From an uncultured Candidatus Rokubacteria bacterium (GTDB taxonomy: Bacteria; Methylomirabilota; Methylomirabilia; Rokubacteriales; DASRDR01), in the NCBI GenBank assembly GCA_963805625.1, contig CAWDVE010000021.1:64001-128000 (forward strand): 64,000 nt of DNA. Direction: 5' to 3'. Both the position numbers and the translations under genes were made by a program. Positions within the stretch are counted from its first letter, which is position 1; each line of letters opens with the position of its first letter. Positions 1-10,804 of this stretch are shown one piece after another. The notes under the pieces are model-generated. The model was given only the letters and a program-made list of their open reading frames with translations. It made no database searches and had not been told where the DNA came from.

Positions 1-516
1 AACGAGAATGGGGGGCCGGGGCCGCTGGAGCGGCCGGGGCCGGATGCTGACCCCGTCGAGCTGCCAGTGACGCCCGCGATGGGTGACCCCGTCCTCGGTC
101 CAGAGCCGGCGGATGATCTCGACACCCTCGACGAGCCGGCTCACCCGCTCGGCCATCGGCACGCCGAAGAGCGCGAACTCCTCGGACCGGTAGCCGAGGC
201 CCACCCCAAGCAGGAACCGCCCGCCGGTGATCACGTCGAGAAACGCGCCGATCTCGGCCACCTCGACCGGATTGTGCAACGGCAAGAGGATCAGGTTCGT
301 GCCCACCCAGAGCCCGTCGGCCTCGGCCGCGAGCCGCTGGAGGAACGGGAGGAGCGGGAAGTAGTGGAATCCCGGCGTGGCGTGGTGCTCTCCACCCCAG
401 ATCGAGTCGAACCCGAGCGCCCGGATGAGGCGCACCTGCTCGACCGTCTCGGCGAATCGGCGCGCGGGGTCATCCCCCGCCGGGTGTTGCGCGTTGAGGT
501 AGACGCCGAGTTGCAT
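1..516 (-). CDS. LLM-class flavin-dependent oxidoreductase (luciferase-like monooxygenase), C-terminus runs off the window
   Basis: Not in the ORF track; translated by hand from ATG 516: MQLGVYLNAQHP...GFDSIWGGEHH...LLPLHNPVEVAE...LDVITGGRFLLGVGLGYRSEEF...PLQRPRPPILV. These are typical LLM motifs. The + ORF 67..585 is its shadow. Confidence 0.9.
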   Translation of the reverse strand, partial: MQLGVYLNAQHPAGDDPARRFAETVEQVRLIRALGFDSIWGGEHHATPGFHYFPLLPFLQRLAAEADGLWVGTNLILLPLHNPVEVAEIGAFLDVITGGRFLLGVGLGYRSEEFALFGVPMAERVSRLVEGVEIIRRLWTEDGVTHRGRHWQLDGVSIRPRPLQRPRPPILV

Positions 517-587
517 TCGCCGCCCCCTGCTTTGCATCACGCCCTGGCGCGATCCGGCTCGCGCGGTCACCGTCGCGGGCCATAGGG

Positions 588-593
588 TACACT
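588..593 (+). promoter_or_regulatory. Putative -10 box (TACACT) of a leaderless lhr transcript
   Basis: TACACT lies 7 nt before ATG 601 and there is no Shine-Dalgarno. Confidence 0.45.
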
Positions 594-600
594 CAGTTTG

Positions 601-3600
601 ATGGATGCGCTGGCCGGCTTCCACCCCGCGATCCGCACGTGGTTCGGGCGCCGGTTCCCGGAGGGCCCGACGGATCCCCAGGCGCTCGGCTGGCCCGCGA
701 TCGCCGCCGGGGCGGACACGCTGATCGCGGCACCCACGGGCTCCGGCAAGACGCTGGCCGCCTTCCTCACCGGCATCGACCGGCTCTTTCGTACGGCGAC
801 CACGGAGTCCGACGCCGACCTCGCGACCGAGGTCGTCTACGTGTCGCCGCTCAAGGCCCTCGCCGCCGACATCCGGGAGAATCTCGAGCGCCCGCTCGAG
901 GAGATCCGGGCAGTGGCACGGGAGCTCGGGCTGGCCGTCCCGGACCTCCGCGTGGTCGCCCGCACGGGGGACACGACCCCCACCGCCCGCGCGGCGATGC
1001 TCCGGCAGCCGCCGCACCTCCTGATCACAACGCCCGAGTCGCTGTACCTCCTCGTCACCGCGGGCCGCAGCCGCGAGCGCCTTCGGGGCGTGCGCACCGT
1101 GATCGTGGACGAGATCCACGCGGTGGCGCGGGACAAGCGGGGGTCGCACCTCGCCCTCACGCTGGAGCGCCTCGACGCGCTGGCGAAGACCCGGCCGCAG
1201 CGCATCGGCCTCTCGGCCACCCAGCGGCCGATCGAGACGGTCGCCCGCCTCCTCGTGGGCGCGGGCGAGGGGCGAAGCCGGCCCGACGGCGCGCCGGCGT
1301 GCCGCATCGTCGATCTCGGCCACCGCCGGCAGCTCGACCTCACGATCGAGCTCCCGGACAGCGAGCTGGAGGCCGTCGCGTCCCACGAACAGTGGGGCGA
1401 GATCCTGGACCGGATCGCGACGCACGTGCGGGCACACCGCACGACACTGATCTTCGTGAACACCCGGCGCCTGGCGGAGCGGGTGGCGCATCTTCTCGGG
1501 GAGCGGCTCGGGGAGGGCCAGGTCGCGGCCCACCACGGCAGCCTGTCCAAGGACCGGCGGCTCCGGCTCGAGGCGCGGCTCCGGGCCGGTGAGCTGGCCG
1601 CGCTGGTCGCCACGGCGTCCCTCGAGCTCGGCATCGACATCGGGCCCATCGAGCTTGTGTGTCAGATCGGGTCGCCGCGCAGCATCGCGACGCTCCTCCA
1701 GCGGGTCGGCCGCTCGGGCCACGCCCGCGGCGCTGTCGCCCGGGGGCGGGTCTACCCCACCTCGCGCGACGAGCTCGTCGAGGCGACGGCGCTGCTCCGC
1801 GCCGTGCGTGCCGGCCAGCTGGATCGGGTTCTCCCGCCGCACGCCCCGCTCGACGTGCTGGCGCAGCAGATCGTGGCGGCGTGCGCCGCCGACGTCTGGC
1901 CCGAGGACCAGCTCTTCGAGCTGGTCCGGCGCGCGGCGCCGTACGCCGACCTCGACCGCACTGATTTCGACGCGGTCGTGGCGATGCTGTCGGACGGCAT
2001 CCAGACCGGGCGCGGGCGCCGGGCCGCGTACCTCCACCGGGACCGCGTCCACGGCATCCTGCGGGGCCGGCGGGGCGCCCGGCTCGCCGCGCTGACGTCG
2101 GGAGGCGCCATTCCGGAGACGGCCGACTACCGCGTCGTCACCGACCCGGACGACACGACGGTCGGTACCGTCAACGAGGACTGGGCGATCGAGAGCATGC
2201 AGGGCGACGTGTTCCTTCTCGGGAGCACGTCGTGGCGGATCCGTCGCGTCGAGGCCGGTGTGGTGCGCGTGGTGGATGCCGAGGGCGCGCCTCCTACGGT
2301 TCCCTTCTGGCTCGGGGAGGCGCCGGCGCGCACCGCGGAGGCCTCGGCCGCCGTGTCGGCACTCCGCGAGGCGCTGGACGATCGGCTCGTGACGTGCCCC
2401 ATCGCGGCCGCCGCGGAATGGCTCGCGCCCGAGGCCGGCGTCGACACCCGGGCCGCGACGGAGGTTGTCCGATACCTCGCGGCCGCCCGCGCGGCCCTCG
2501 GCGTCCTCCCGACCCAGCGCCACGTCGTCTTCGAGCGCTTCTTCGACGAGGCGGGCGGGATGCAGCTCGTCGTTCACGCTCCCTACGGGGGCCGGATCAA
2601 CCGCGCCCTCGGCCTCGCGCTCCGGAAGCGCTTCTGCCGGCGATTCGACTTCGAGCTCCAGGCCGCGGCCAGCGACGACGCGGTCGTGCTCTCGCTCGGC
2701 CCGGGGCAGAGCTTTCCGCTCGACGACGTGCCGCAGTTCCTGACCCCCGGGAACACGGCGGAGGTCCTCGCCCAGGCGCTGCTCCTATCACCGATGTTCC
2801 AGGTGCGATGGCGCTGGAACCTCGGCCGCGCGCTCGTGGTGCTGCGGCAGCGCGGCGGGCGGCGGACGCCGCCCCCGATCCAGCGCATGGAGGCGGACGA
2901 CCTCATGGCCGCGGTCTTCCCCGCGCTCGCCGGCTGCCAGGAAAATGCGGGCGCCGGGCCCATCGAGATCCCGGAGCACCCGATCGTGCGCCAGACGATG
3001 CACGACTGTCTCCACGAAGCGACCGACGTGGACGGGCTCGTCCGCCTGTTTGACGGCTTCCGGAGCGGGGTCGTGAAGCCCATCTTCCGCGAGACGACCG
3101 AGCCCTCGCCGCTCGCCCACGAGATCCTCAACGGCCGGCCCTACACCTTCCTCGACGACGCGCCGCTCGAGGAACGGCGGACGCGAGCCGTCGCGCTCCG
3201 GCGGGGGCTGCCCGAGACGGCGCGGGATCTCGCGCAGCTCGACCCGGACGCGATCGCGCGGGTCCGCGAGGAGGCACGCCCCGACTGCCGCAACGCCGAG
3301 GAACTCCACGACCTTCTACTCGAGCTGGCCGTCCTCCGCCCCGAGCCCGCGTATGAGCCCTGGTTCCGGGAGCTCGCCGTGACCGGGCGAGCCGCGACGG
3401 TGCTCACGGCCGCGGGCCCGCTCTGGCTCCCCGCGGAGCAGCGCCCGCGCGTGACGGCGCTGTTCCCCGGGGCCCGGATCGAGCCGGACGTGCGGGTTCC
3501 TGCCGGGATCGCACCGACGGCCGACGAGGAGGAAGCCCGGGCCTTCACGGTCCGGGGCCATCTGGCGCGCCTCGGGCCGTGCACGGCGGCGGAGCTGGCG

Positions 3601-4899
3601 GCGCAGACGGGCCTCGCCGAGGCGCTGATGCCCGCCCCCCTCGCCCGGCTCGAGGCCGAGGGCTTCGCGCTGCGGGGGCGGTTCGATCCCGCCCGGGCAG
3701 GCATCGAGGAATTCTGCGAGCGGCGACTCCTCGCTCGGATTCACCGGTACACGACGGAGCGGCTCCGCCGCGAGATCGAGCCCGTCACCGCGCAGGATCT
3801 GGTGCGCTTCCTCCTGCGATGGCAGCACGTCGCCCCAGACACCCAGCTCGAGGGGCGGCAGGGCCTCCTGACCGCGATCGAGCAGCTCCAGGGGTTCGAG
3901 ATCGCGGCGGGCTCCTGGGAGCCGTCCGTGCTGCCGGCGCGCGTCCGGGGCTACCGGCCCGAATGGCTCGACGAACTCTGTCTGTCGGGGCACGTCGCGT
4001 GGGCACGCCTCGCCGTCCGCAGCGCCCCGGCCGGCGAGCCCGGTGAGACCCCGGGACGGGGCGGCCTCACCCCGTCGCACGCCACGCCCGTCAGCTTCCT
4101 CGTGCGCGAGAACCTGCCATGGCTCCTGAGCGCTGCACGGGGCGACGCCGCCCCGGTCCTGCCCGGCCCCGGACCCACGCACGACGTGTTCGAGTGCCTG
4201 CGGACGCGGGGCGCTCTGTTCTTCCACGATCTCGTCCCGGCCACGGGCCGGCTCGGCGTCGAGGTCACGGACGCCCTGTGGGACCTGGTCGCCCGCGGAC
4301 TCGTGACCGCGGACGGATTCGGGAGCGTGCGCGCGCTCTTCAGCGCCCGCCATCGGTGGTCGCACCGCGCCGCCAGGCCCGGGTCGACTGAGCGCCTCCG
4401 GCGGAGCGGCTCGCGGGCGGGTGGCGGCGAAGGCCGCTGGGCCCTCGTGCCGGCGCCACCTCCGGCGAGCGCCGGTGACGTGGAGACGCTCGCGGAGGCG
4501 GTGGCCGAGCAGCTCCTCGCGCGCTGGGGGGTCGTGTTCCGGGATCTGGTCGTCCGCGAGACGCTCGCCGTGTCCTGGCGTGAGGTCCTCTGGGCGTTCC
4601 GGCGTCTCGAGGCGCGCGGCACGATCCGAGGCGGCCGCTTCGTCACGGGGTTCGTCGGCGAGCAGTACGCGCTGCCCGAGGCAGTGGAGGGTCTTCGCGA
4701 GACGCGCCGCCGCGAGCGCTCCGGCGAAATCGTGCGCGTCGCGGCGGTCGACCCGCTGAACCTAGTCGGCATCCTCACCCCGGGTCCTCGCGTCCCGGCC
4801 GTCCGCCGCCATGCTGTCGTTTACCACGACGGGGCGCCGGTGCCGGCGGGCGGCGCCGCCACGACGATTCGCCCCGCGGCCAGCCTCGGCTCCCGTTGA
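601..4899 (+). CDS. lhr: Lhr-family SF2 DEAD/H helicase, long form with winged-helix C-terminal region
   Basis: APTGSGKT, YVSPLKAL, DEIH, SAT, HHGSL, SLELGIDIG, QRVGRSGH; C-terminal LEARGTIRGGRFVTGFVGEQYA; ~1430 aa. Confidence 0.93.
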   Translation: MDALAGFHPAIRTWFGRRFPEGPTDPQALGWPAIAAGADTLIAAPTGSGKTLAAFLTGIDRLFRTATTESDADLATEVVYVSPLKALAADIRENLERPLEEIRAVARELGLAVPDLRVVARTGDTTPTARAAMLRQPPHLLITTPESLYLLVTAGRSRERLRGVRTVIVDEIHAVARDKRGSHLALTLERLDALAKTRPQRIGLSATQRPIETVARLLVGAGEGRSRPDGAPACRIVDLGHRRQLDLTIELPDSELEAVASHEQWGEILDRIATHVRAHRTTLIFVNTRRLAERVAHLLGERLGEGQVAAHHGSLSKDRRLRLEARLRAGELAALVATASLELGIDIGPIELVCQIGSPRSIATLLQRVGRSGHARGAVARGRVYPTSRDELVEATALLRAVRAGQLDRVLPPHAPLDVLAQQIVAACAADVWPEDQLFELVRRAAPYADLDRTDFDAVVAMLSDGIQTGRGRRAAYLHRDRVHGILRGRRGARLAALTSGGAIPETADYRVVTDPDDTTVGTVNEDWAIESMQGDVFLLGSTSWRIRRVEAGVVRVVDAEGAPPTVPFWLGEAPARTAEASAAVSALREALDDRLVTCPIAAAAEWLAPEAGVDTRAATEVVRYLAAARAALGVLPTQRHVVFERFFDEAGGMQLVVHAPYGGRINRALGLALRKRFCRRFDFELQAAASDDAVVLSLGPGQSFPLDDVPQFLTPGNTAEVLAQALLLSPMFQVRWRWNLGRALVVLRQRGGRRTPPPIQRMEADDLMAAVFPALAGCQENAGAGPIEIPEHPIVRQTMHDCLHEATDVDGLVRLFDGFRSGVVKPIFRETTEPSPLAHEILNGRPYTFLDDAPLEERRTRAVALRRGLPETARDLAQLDPDAIARVREEARPDCRNAEELHDLLLELAVLRPEPAYEPWFRELAVTGRAATVLTAAGPLWLPAEQRPRVTALFPGARIEPDVRVPAGIAPTADEEEARAFTVRGHLARLGPCTAAELAAQTGLAEALMPAPLARLEAEGFALRGRFDPARAGIEEFCERRLLARIHRYTTERLRREIEPVTAQDLVRFLLRWQHVAPDTQLEGRQGLLTAIEQLQGFEIAAGSWEPSVLPARVRGYRPEWLDELCLSGHVAWARLAVRSAPAGEPGETPGRGGLTPSHATPVSFLVRENLPWLLSAARGDAAPVLPGPGPTHDVFECLRTRGALFFHDLVPATGRLGVEVTDALWDLVARGLVTADGFGSVRALFSARHRWSHRAARPGSTERLRRSGSRAGGGEGRWALVPAPPPASAGDVETLAEAVAEQLLARWGVVFRDLVVRETLAVSWREVLWAFRRLEARGTIRGGRFVTGFVGEQYALPEAVEGLRETRRRERSGEIVRVAAVDPLNLVGILTPGPRVPAVRRHAVVYHDGAPVPAGGAATTIRPAASLGSR

Positions 4900-5023
4900 G
4901 GCCGGCGATCCCCGCCGCGTCCGCCGGGCGGACGGGCCCGCCTCGCGGAGGTCTCGGGGTTCAACCCCTGATGTGAGGCTGGTTCGTGGGCCCCGATCTC
5001 ACGGGCTACACTGAAATGCCGGC

Positions 5024-5581
5024 TCAGCGGGGCGGCGCGAGGAGCGCCTGGAAGAGCGCGCGACCGTCAGGCCCGGTCCACGGGCGCGGGCCGATGGCGC
5101 GCCCCACGATCGTCCCGTCACGCGCGATCAGGAAGACGGTCGGCGTGGCGTGGACCCCGTAGGCCTCGCTGACCGCGCCGTCGAGATCCAGCACGACGGG
5201 GGCGACATAGCCCCGCTCGGCGGCGGCTCGGGCCACCTTCGCCCGATCCTCACGGATGTCGACCAGGAGCACCGTCACGCCCTTCGGCTCCCACTCCCGG
5301 TGCACCTGGTTGATCGAGGGTAACTCCCTCGTACAGTACGGTCACCAAGTCGCCCAGAAGTAGAGGAGGACGACGCGCCCCCGGAGGGCGGCGAGGCGTA
5401 TGGACCGGCTGTCGAGGGTCGTCAGATCGAAGGCGGGCGCCTCGAACCGCGAGGTGGGCCGCCGGAGCTGGAGCGCGTCGAGCAGCGGCACGGGCACCGC
5501 CGCCCAGGCCGCGCCGAGGAGCAGGAGCGGCGCGCTCACGAGGACCGCGGCCCGCACGCGCCTCATCCGGGGCCATCGCAT
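5024..5581 (-). CDS. TlpA/ResA-like redoxin, probable selenoprotein (UxxC; in-frame TGA at 5344-5342)
   Basis: ORFs 5342..5656 and 5024..5305 are in the same frame. Read-through gives ...VVLLYFWATW-U-PYCTRELPSI...YGVHATPTVFLIARDG; hydrophobic N-terminal signal/anchor. Confidence 0.85.
5315..5331 (-). promoter_or_regulatory. Putative bacterial SECIS hairpin
   Basis: mRNA reads UGA-CCGUACUGUA-CGAGGG-AGUUA-CCCUCG: perfect 6-bp stem, 5-nt loop with G at position 2, loop 16 nt after the UGA. Confidence 0.7.
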
Positions 5582-5655
5582 GTGACCCATCATACGCGCT
5601 TGCGCCGGAGGGTCGGTCCGATCTCGCAGAGCGGGGTCGCTCGGATGCGGGCGCA

Positions 5656-6858
5656 TCAGTCTGCAGGGGCGAACGCCGGCGCGGCGGGCAGGCGCGCCGG
5701 GCGCACCAGCCCGGCCCCCATCCCGATGAGGGCGCAGGCGAGCACCACGAGCCCGAGCGCGGCCGGCAGCCCGAGCGCGTCCGCCACGAGACCGATCACC
5801 GCCGGCCCTGCCAGGAACCCGCCGTAGCCGGTCGTCGCCACCGCGGCGAGCGCCACCCCCGCCGGGAGCCCGGGCATCCGGCCCGCGGCACCGAACAGCA
5901 CTGGCACCGAGTTGGCGAGCCCCAGTCCCACCAGGCCCGCCCCGGTGATGGCGGCCGCGGGGCGGCCCACGATCAGAGCGGCAGCCAGCCCGACGGCCGC
6001 GAGGCCGCCGGACAGGCGGAGGAGCCGCACCGGACCGAGGCGGGTCGCGAGATAGTCGCCGCTGAACCGGCCCACCGCCATCGCGAGCGAGAACGCCGCG
6101 AATCCTGCCCCGGCCAGCGCCGGCGCCGCCCCGAGATCATCGTGAAGATAGACGGCGCTCCAGTCGCCCATCGCCCCCTCCCCCAGCAGCGCGCAGAACG
6201 TCAGGCTTCCGAGCCCGAGGAGCCGCCGCGGGGGCCAGGCGAAGACGGGCGCGTGCGTCGCGGCCGACAGAGACGTCGGCAGGAGCCCTCCGCGCATCGC
6301 GATGAGGACCGCGAGGCTCCCGAGCGTCACGGTCAGCACGTGCGCGACCGCCGCGACCCCGACGGCCATCGTCCCCACCGCCACGGCAGCGCCGACCAGG
6401 CCGCCCAGACTGAAGAGTCCGTGGAAGCTCGAGAGGACCGGCCGGCCGAGCGCCGCCTCGACCGCCACCCCCTGCGCGTTCATCGCCACGTCGAGCGTCG
6501 CGTTCGCGGCGCCGAGGAGCCAGAGGGCCACGGCGACGAGGACCGCGCTCGGCGCGAAGACCGGCAGCGGGAGCACCAGCGCCAGCGTGGCCGCTGCCAG
6601 GAGCGTGGCGCGCCGGCTCCCGCCCCGGGAGACGAGCCATCCTGCAGCCGGCAGCACCATCACGGCCCCGAGGGCCATCGCGAGGAGCACGCCGCCGAGG
6701 GCGCCGTCCCCAAGGCCGTGCGCTGTCTTGATCAGGGGGATGTAGGGCACCCAGCTGGCGAGCACGAGGCCGTTCACGAAGAAGACCGTGCCCACCGCAA
6801 CCCGCGAGGATCGGTACCACGACACACCCGGCGGCTGCGGCAGTCCGTCGAAGGGCAT
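5656..6858 (-). CDS. MFS transporter
   Basis: 400 aa, ~12 hydrophobic segments, DVAMNAQG and SSFHGLFSLG motifs. Confidence 0.88.
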   Translation of the reverse strand: MPFDGLPQPPGVSWYRSSRVAVGTVFFVNGLVLASWVPYIPLIKTAHGLGDGALGGVLLAMALGAVMVLPAAGWLVSRGGSRRATLLAAATLALVLPLPVFAPSAVLVAVALWLLGAANATLDVAMNAQGVAVEAALGRPVLSSFHGLFSLGGLVGAAVAVGTMAVGVAAVAHVLTVTLGSLAVLIAMRGGLLPTSLSAATHAPVFAWPPRRLLGLGSLTFCALLGEGAMGDWSAVYLHDDLGAAPALAGAGFAAFSLAMAVGRFSGDYLATRLGPVRLLRLSGGLAAVGLAAALIVGRPAAAITGAGLVGLGLANSVPVLFGAAGRMPGLPAGVALAAVATTGYGGFLAGPAVIGLVADALGLPAALGLVVLACALIGMGAGLVRPARLPAAPAFAPAD

Positions 6859-6934
6859 GGCGCCGGCGGTCAGCGCGGCGCCGTAAGTCCGGAGCGGAAG
6901 GTGCCGCGTCGCATCAGACCGTGATAGAGCGTGG

Positions 6935-9598
6935 CTACTCCCCGCTCTGCTGGAGGAGCTTCGCGACCACTCCGGTCCAGCCGGTCTGATGGCTCGCCCC
7001 GACGCCCGCCCCCGTGTCGCCGTGGAAGTACTCGTAGAAGAGGAGCAGGTCGCGCCACCGCGGGTCGGTCTGGAACTGCCGCGCCTCGCCGTGCACCGGC
7101 CGGCGGCCCGCCGGGTCCCGCAGGAAGATCCGCGTGAGGCGCCGCGACAGCTCGGCGGCGACGTCCCAGAGCGTCATCTGCTGGCCCGAGCCCGTCGGAA
7201 ACTCGACCTTGAACGCGCCCCGGTAGAAGTGATCGAAGCGCTGGAGCGCCTCGATCAGGAGGAAGTTCATCGGGAACCAGATCGGTCCCCGCCAGTTGGA
7301 GTTGCCGCCGAAGAGCCCCGTCGTCGACTCCGCCGGCTCGTAGGCCACCCGGTGCTCGGCTCCGTCCACCTGGAGCACGTAGGGATGGTCCTGGTGGAAC
7401 CGGGACAGCGCGCGGATCCCGTGGGGCGAGAGAAACTCCGATTCGTCCAGCATGTAGCGCAGCACCCGACGGAGGCGGTCCCCGCTCACGAGCGACAGAA
7501 GCCGCCGCGACTTTCCGTCGGGGCCGCGCTCCCGCACGAAGTGGTCGCGGAGGTCGGCCCGGTTCCGCAGGAACCACTTCATGCGACGCTCGAACTGCGG
7601 CAGCCCGCTGATGTTCTCCGGCTCGAGGACCTGCACGGCGAAGAGCGGCACTAGCCCCACGAGCGACCGGACCTTCAACGGCACGACCGCGCCGTCGGGC
7701 ATGTGGAGGACGTCGTAGAAGAAGCCGTCCTGCTCGTTCCAGAGTTCGACACCCTCGCCGCCCATGTCGGTCATCGCGTGGGCGATGTAGACAAAGTGCT
7801 CGAGGAACTTCGAGGCCATGTCCTCGTAGGCGGGGTTGTCCTCGGCGAGCTCGAGGGCGATCGCAAGCATGTTCAGGCAGTACATCCCGATCCACGCCGT
7901 GCCGTCGGACTGCTCGAGGTGGCCGCCGATGGGCAGCGGCGCCGACCGGTCGAAGACCCCGATGTTGTCGAGGCCGAGAAAGCCGCCCTGGAAGACGTTC
8001 TTCCCCTCGGGGTCCTTGCGGTTCACCCACCAGGTGAAGTTCAGGAGGAGCTTCTGGAAGACGCGCTCGAGGAACCGCCGATCGGCGACGCCCCGGATCC
8101 GCTTCTCGATCTTGTAGACGCGCCAGGCCGCCCAGGCGTGAACCGGCGGGTTCACGTCCCCGAACCCCCACTCGTAGGCGGGAACCTGGCCGTTCGGGTG
8201 CATGTACCACTCGCGGAGGAAGAGGATGAGCTGGTCCTTCGCGAAGTCGGGATCGACCAGCGCCAGCGCGATCGTGTGGAACGCGAGGTCCCAGGCCGCA
8301 TACCACGGATACTCCCACTTGTCCGGCATCGACACGACGTCGTCGTTGTAGAGATGGGTCCACTCGGCGTTCCGGCCGCCCCGGCGCTCCGGCGGGGGCG
8401 GGGGCTGGCCCGGGTCGCCCTCGAGCCAGCGCCGGACGTCGTAGTGGTACCACTGCTTCGACCAGAGCATGCCGGCGAGCGCCTGGCGCATGACGCCCCG
8501 CGCGTCCTCACCGAGCCGATCCGGGACCACGGTCGCGTAGAACTCGTCGGCCTCGCGCTGGCGCGCGGCGAAGGTCCCATCGAACTCCGGTCCGAAGGGC
8601 GCCGCCGGCCTCCCGTCGACGAGCCGGAGCCGCAGGACCGTCCGGCCGCCCGCCGGAATCGTGAGCCGGTGCTGGACCGCGACCTTCGTCCCCTCCTCGC
8701 CCGGGAGGAGCAGATCTTCCCGACCGTGGACGATCGCCTCGTGGAAAGCGTCCTTCCGCCCGGCGTCGGGCTGGCCGGCGCCGAACAGGCGCCCGACGTT
8801 CGTCTCGTTCTCGGTGAAGAGCAGCCGCGGTGCCCCCTCGGCGTAGAGACGGAAGTCCGGCGAGAGCTCCGGATGCTCCACGCGCACGACCGTGGCGCCA
8901 GCCAGGGCCTGGTCTCGGGTCAGGCGCGGCTTCCGCGCGTCGGGCTCCCAGGCCCAGGTGTTCCGGAGCCAGAGCATCGGCAGCACGGTGAGCGGCGCCG
9001 CCTCCGGGCCCGGGTTGTCCACCGTCACGCGGATGAGGACGTCATTCGGGCTCGCCTTCGCGTACTCCACCTGGACGTCGAAGTAACGGTCGTCGTCGAA
9101 GGCACCGGTGTCGAGGAGCTCGAACTCGGGCTTCTCGCGCCCGCGCCGCGCGTTCTCCTCGACGAGGCGCGCGTACGGGTACTCGTGCTGCGAGTACTTG
9201 TAGAGCGCCCGCATGTAGGAGTGGGTGGGCGTGGCGTCGAGGTAGAAGTAGTACTCCTTGACGTCCTCGCCGTGGTTGCCCTCGGGCCCCGTGAGGCCGA
9301 AGAGCCGCTCCTTCAGGATGGGGTCCCTCCCGTTCCAGAGCGCGAGGGCAAAGCAGAGGCGCTGGTGGTTGTCCGAGAACCCCAGGAGGCCGTCCTCACC
9401 CCAGCGGTACGCGCGCGAGCGGGCGTGGTCGTGCGGAAGGTAGTCCCACGCCGTCCCGTGGGCCGAGTAGTCCTCGCGGACGGTGCCCCACTGGCGCTCG
9501 GCCAGATACGGGCCCCAGCGCTTCCAGTGCGCCGTCCGCGCCTGCGCTTCGGCGAGGCGCAGAGTCTCGGCCGCCGGCGGCCGGCTACTAGCTGCCAC
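6935..9598 (-). CDS. MGH1/GH63-like glycoside hydrolase (glucosidase)
   Basis: [72 protein letters not shown]. Confidence 0.9.
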   Translation of the reverse strand: MAASSRPPAAETLRLAEAQARTAHWKRWGPYLAERQWGTVREDYSAHGTAWDYLPHDHARSRAYRWGEDGLLGFSDNHQRLCFALALWNGRDPILKERLFGLTGPEGNHGEDVKEYYFYLDATPTHSYMRALYKYSQHEYPYARLVEENARRGREKPEFELLDTGAFDDDRYFDVQVEYAKASPNDVLIRVTVDNPGPEAAPLTVLPMLWLRNTWAWEPDARKPRLTRDQALAGATVVRVEHPELSPDFRLYAEGAPRLLFTENETNVGRLFGAGQPDAGRKDAFHEAIVHGREDLLLPGEEGTKVAVQHRLTIPAGGRTVLRLRLVDGRPAAPFGPEFDGTFAARQREADEFYATVVPDRLGEDARGVMRQALAGMLWSKQWYHYDVRRWLEGDPGQPPPPPERRGGRNAEWTHLYNDDVVSMPDKWEYPWYAAWDLAFHTIALALVDPDFAKDQLILFLREWYMHPNGQVPAYEWGFGDVNPPVHAWAAWRVYKIEKRIRGVADRRFLERVFQKLLLNFTWWVNRKDPEGKNVFQGGFLGLDNIGVFDRSAPLPIGGHLEQSDGTAWIGMYCLNMLAIALELAEDNPAYEDMASKFLEHFVYIAHAMTDMGGEGVELWNEQDGFFYDVLHMPDGAVVPLKVRSLVGLVPLFAVQVLEPENISGLPQFERRMKWFLRNRADLRDHFVRERGPDGKSRRLLSLVSGDRLRRVLRYMLDESEFLSPHGIRALSRFHQDHPYVLQVDGAEHRVAYEPAESTTGLFGGNSNWRGPIWFPMNFLLIEALQRFDHFYRGAFKVEFPTGSGQQMTLWDVAAELSRRLTRIFLRDPAGRRPVHGEARQFQTDPRWRDLLLFYEYFHGDTGAGVGASHQTGWTGVVAKLLQQSGE

Positions 9599-10397
9599 GG
9601 GCAAACTCCGGATAGAGCGTCATTCCGCCGTCGACGAAGAGGGTCTGCCCGTGGACATAGTCGGCGTCGTCCGACACGAGCCACGCCGCCGCTCGGCCGA
9701 TGTCCTCGGGTTGGCCGATCCGCCCGTACGGGATCGTCGTGAGGAGCTGCTCAACCGCCCCGGGGGTCTCCCACGCGGCGGTGTTTATCGGCGTCTGGAT
9801 GGCTCCGGGGGCGATCGAGTTCACCCGGATCCGGTGGGGCGCCAGCTCCTGGGCCACGGACTGCATGAACAGCATCATGCCGCCCTTGGACGCCGCGTAG
9901 TTGACATGCCCGGCCCAGGGAATACGCTCGTGGACCGAGGAGATGCAGACGATCTTCCCGGTGGCGCGGGAGACGTCGGGGCGCGGGCCTCGGCGGATCA
10001 TCTCACGGGCGGTCTCGCGCACGCAGAGGAAGGTGCCGGTGAGATTGACCTCGAGCACCGTGCTCCACTGCTCGAGCGTCATGTCGACGAGGGCCGCATC
10101 CCGCTGGATCCCGGCATTCGACACGAGGATGTCGATCGTCCCCCAGGCCGTGATCATCTGCTGAAACATCGACCGCACCTCGGCCTCGCGCGAGACGTCG
10201 GCCCGGACGGCCATCGCCCTCACACCCACCGTCTTGAGGTCGGCCACCACGCGCTCGGCATCCTCGGGGCGGCTCACGTAGTTGACGACGACGTCCGCGC
10301 CCGCGACGGCAAGCGCGCGGGCGACGCCCTCGCCGATCCCGGAGTTGGCGCCGGTCACGAGCGCCTTCTGGCCCTTGAGCGACTGGTGTCCAGTCAT
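9588..10397 (-). CDS. SDR oxidoreductase, glucose 1-dehydrogenase-like
   Basis: [38 protein letters not shown]. Confidence 0.88.
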   Translation of the reverse strand: MTGHQSLKGQKALVTGANSGIGEGVARALAVAGADVVVNYVSRPEDAERVVADLKTVGVRAMAVRADVSREAEVRSMFQQMITAWGTIDILVSNAGIQRDAALVDMTLEQWSTVLEVNLTGTFLCVRETAREMIRRGPRPDVSRATGKIVCISSVHERIPWAGHVNYAASKGGMMLFMQSVAQELAPHRIRVNSIAPGAIQTPINTAAWETPGAVEQLLTTIPYGRIGQPEDIGRAAAWLVSDDADYVHGQTLFVDGGMTLYPEFARGS

Positions 10398-10804
10398 GTC
10401 GGTCGGTCCCCCCTCTGGTCCATCGGTCCAGAGCTCCAGGCCTCCCCGCTTGGACTCGAGCCCCGGCCGGCGCGGCTCGGGCACCAGCGCCGACGCTCAG
10501 GCGGGTGGCCGGCCCACTCGATCGAGCAGGACCCGCCGGAACCGGCCGCCTCGCCTGCACGCCGTTGCCCCCCATGGTCGCAGATGAGCCTGGCCCGGGC
10601 TACTGGCCCACGGCTAGGGGACGCCGGCGGGGGCACGGTCCAGAGGCTACCGCTTTCGAACCCCTTGATTCCATCGACGCCGCGATGACCTCTTGACGCG
10701 GCTCCCACGCGGGACGATTCTCGGGCTCTATCTGTGGGACGCTTCGCGTCCCTGGGGCGGCGACGGAGCCGCGGACCGAGACTCCGCGATCAGGGAGGAT
10801 CCTC

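Noticed and set aside
67-585. 172-aa + strand ORF
   Set aside because: Antisense shadow of the LLM oxidoreductase on the minus strand.
4900-5023. Possible ncRNA or terminator between the convergent lhr and redoxin genes
   Set aside because: Only short GC hairpins, no U-tract and no recognisable RNA family.
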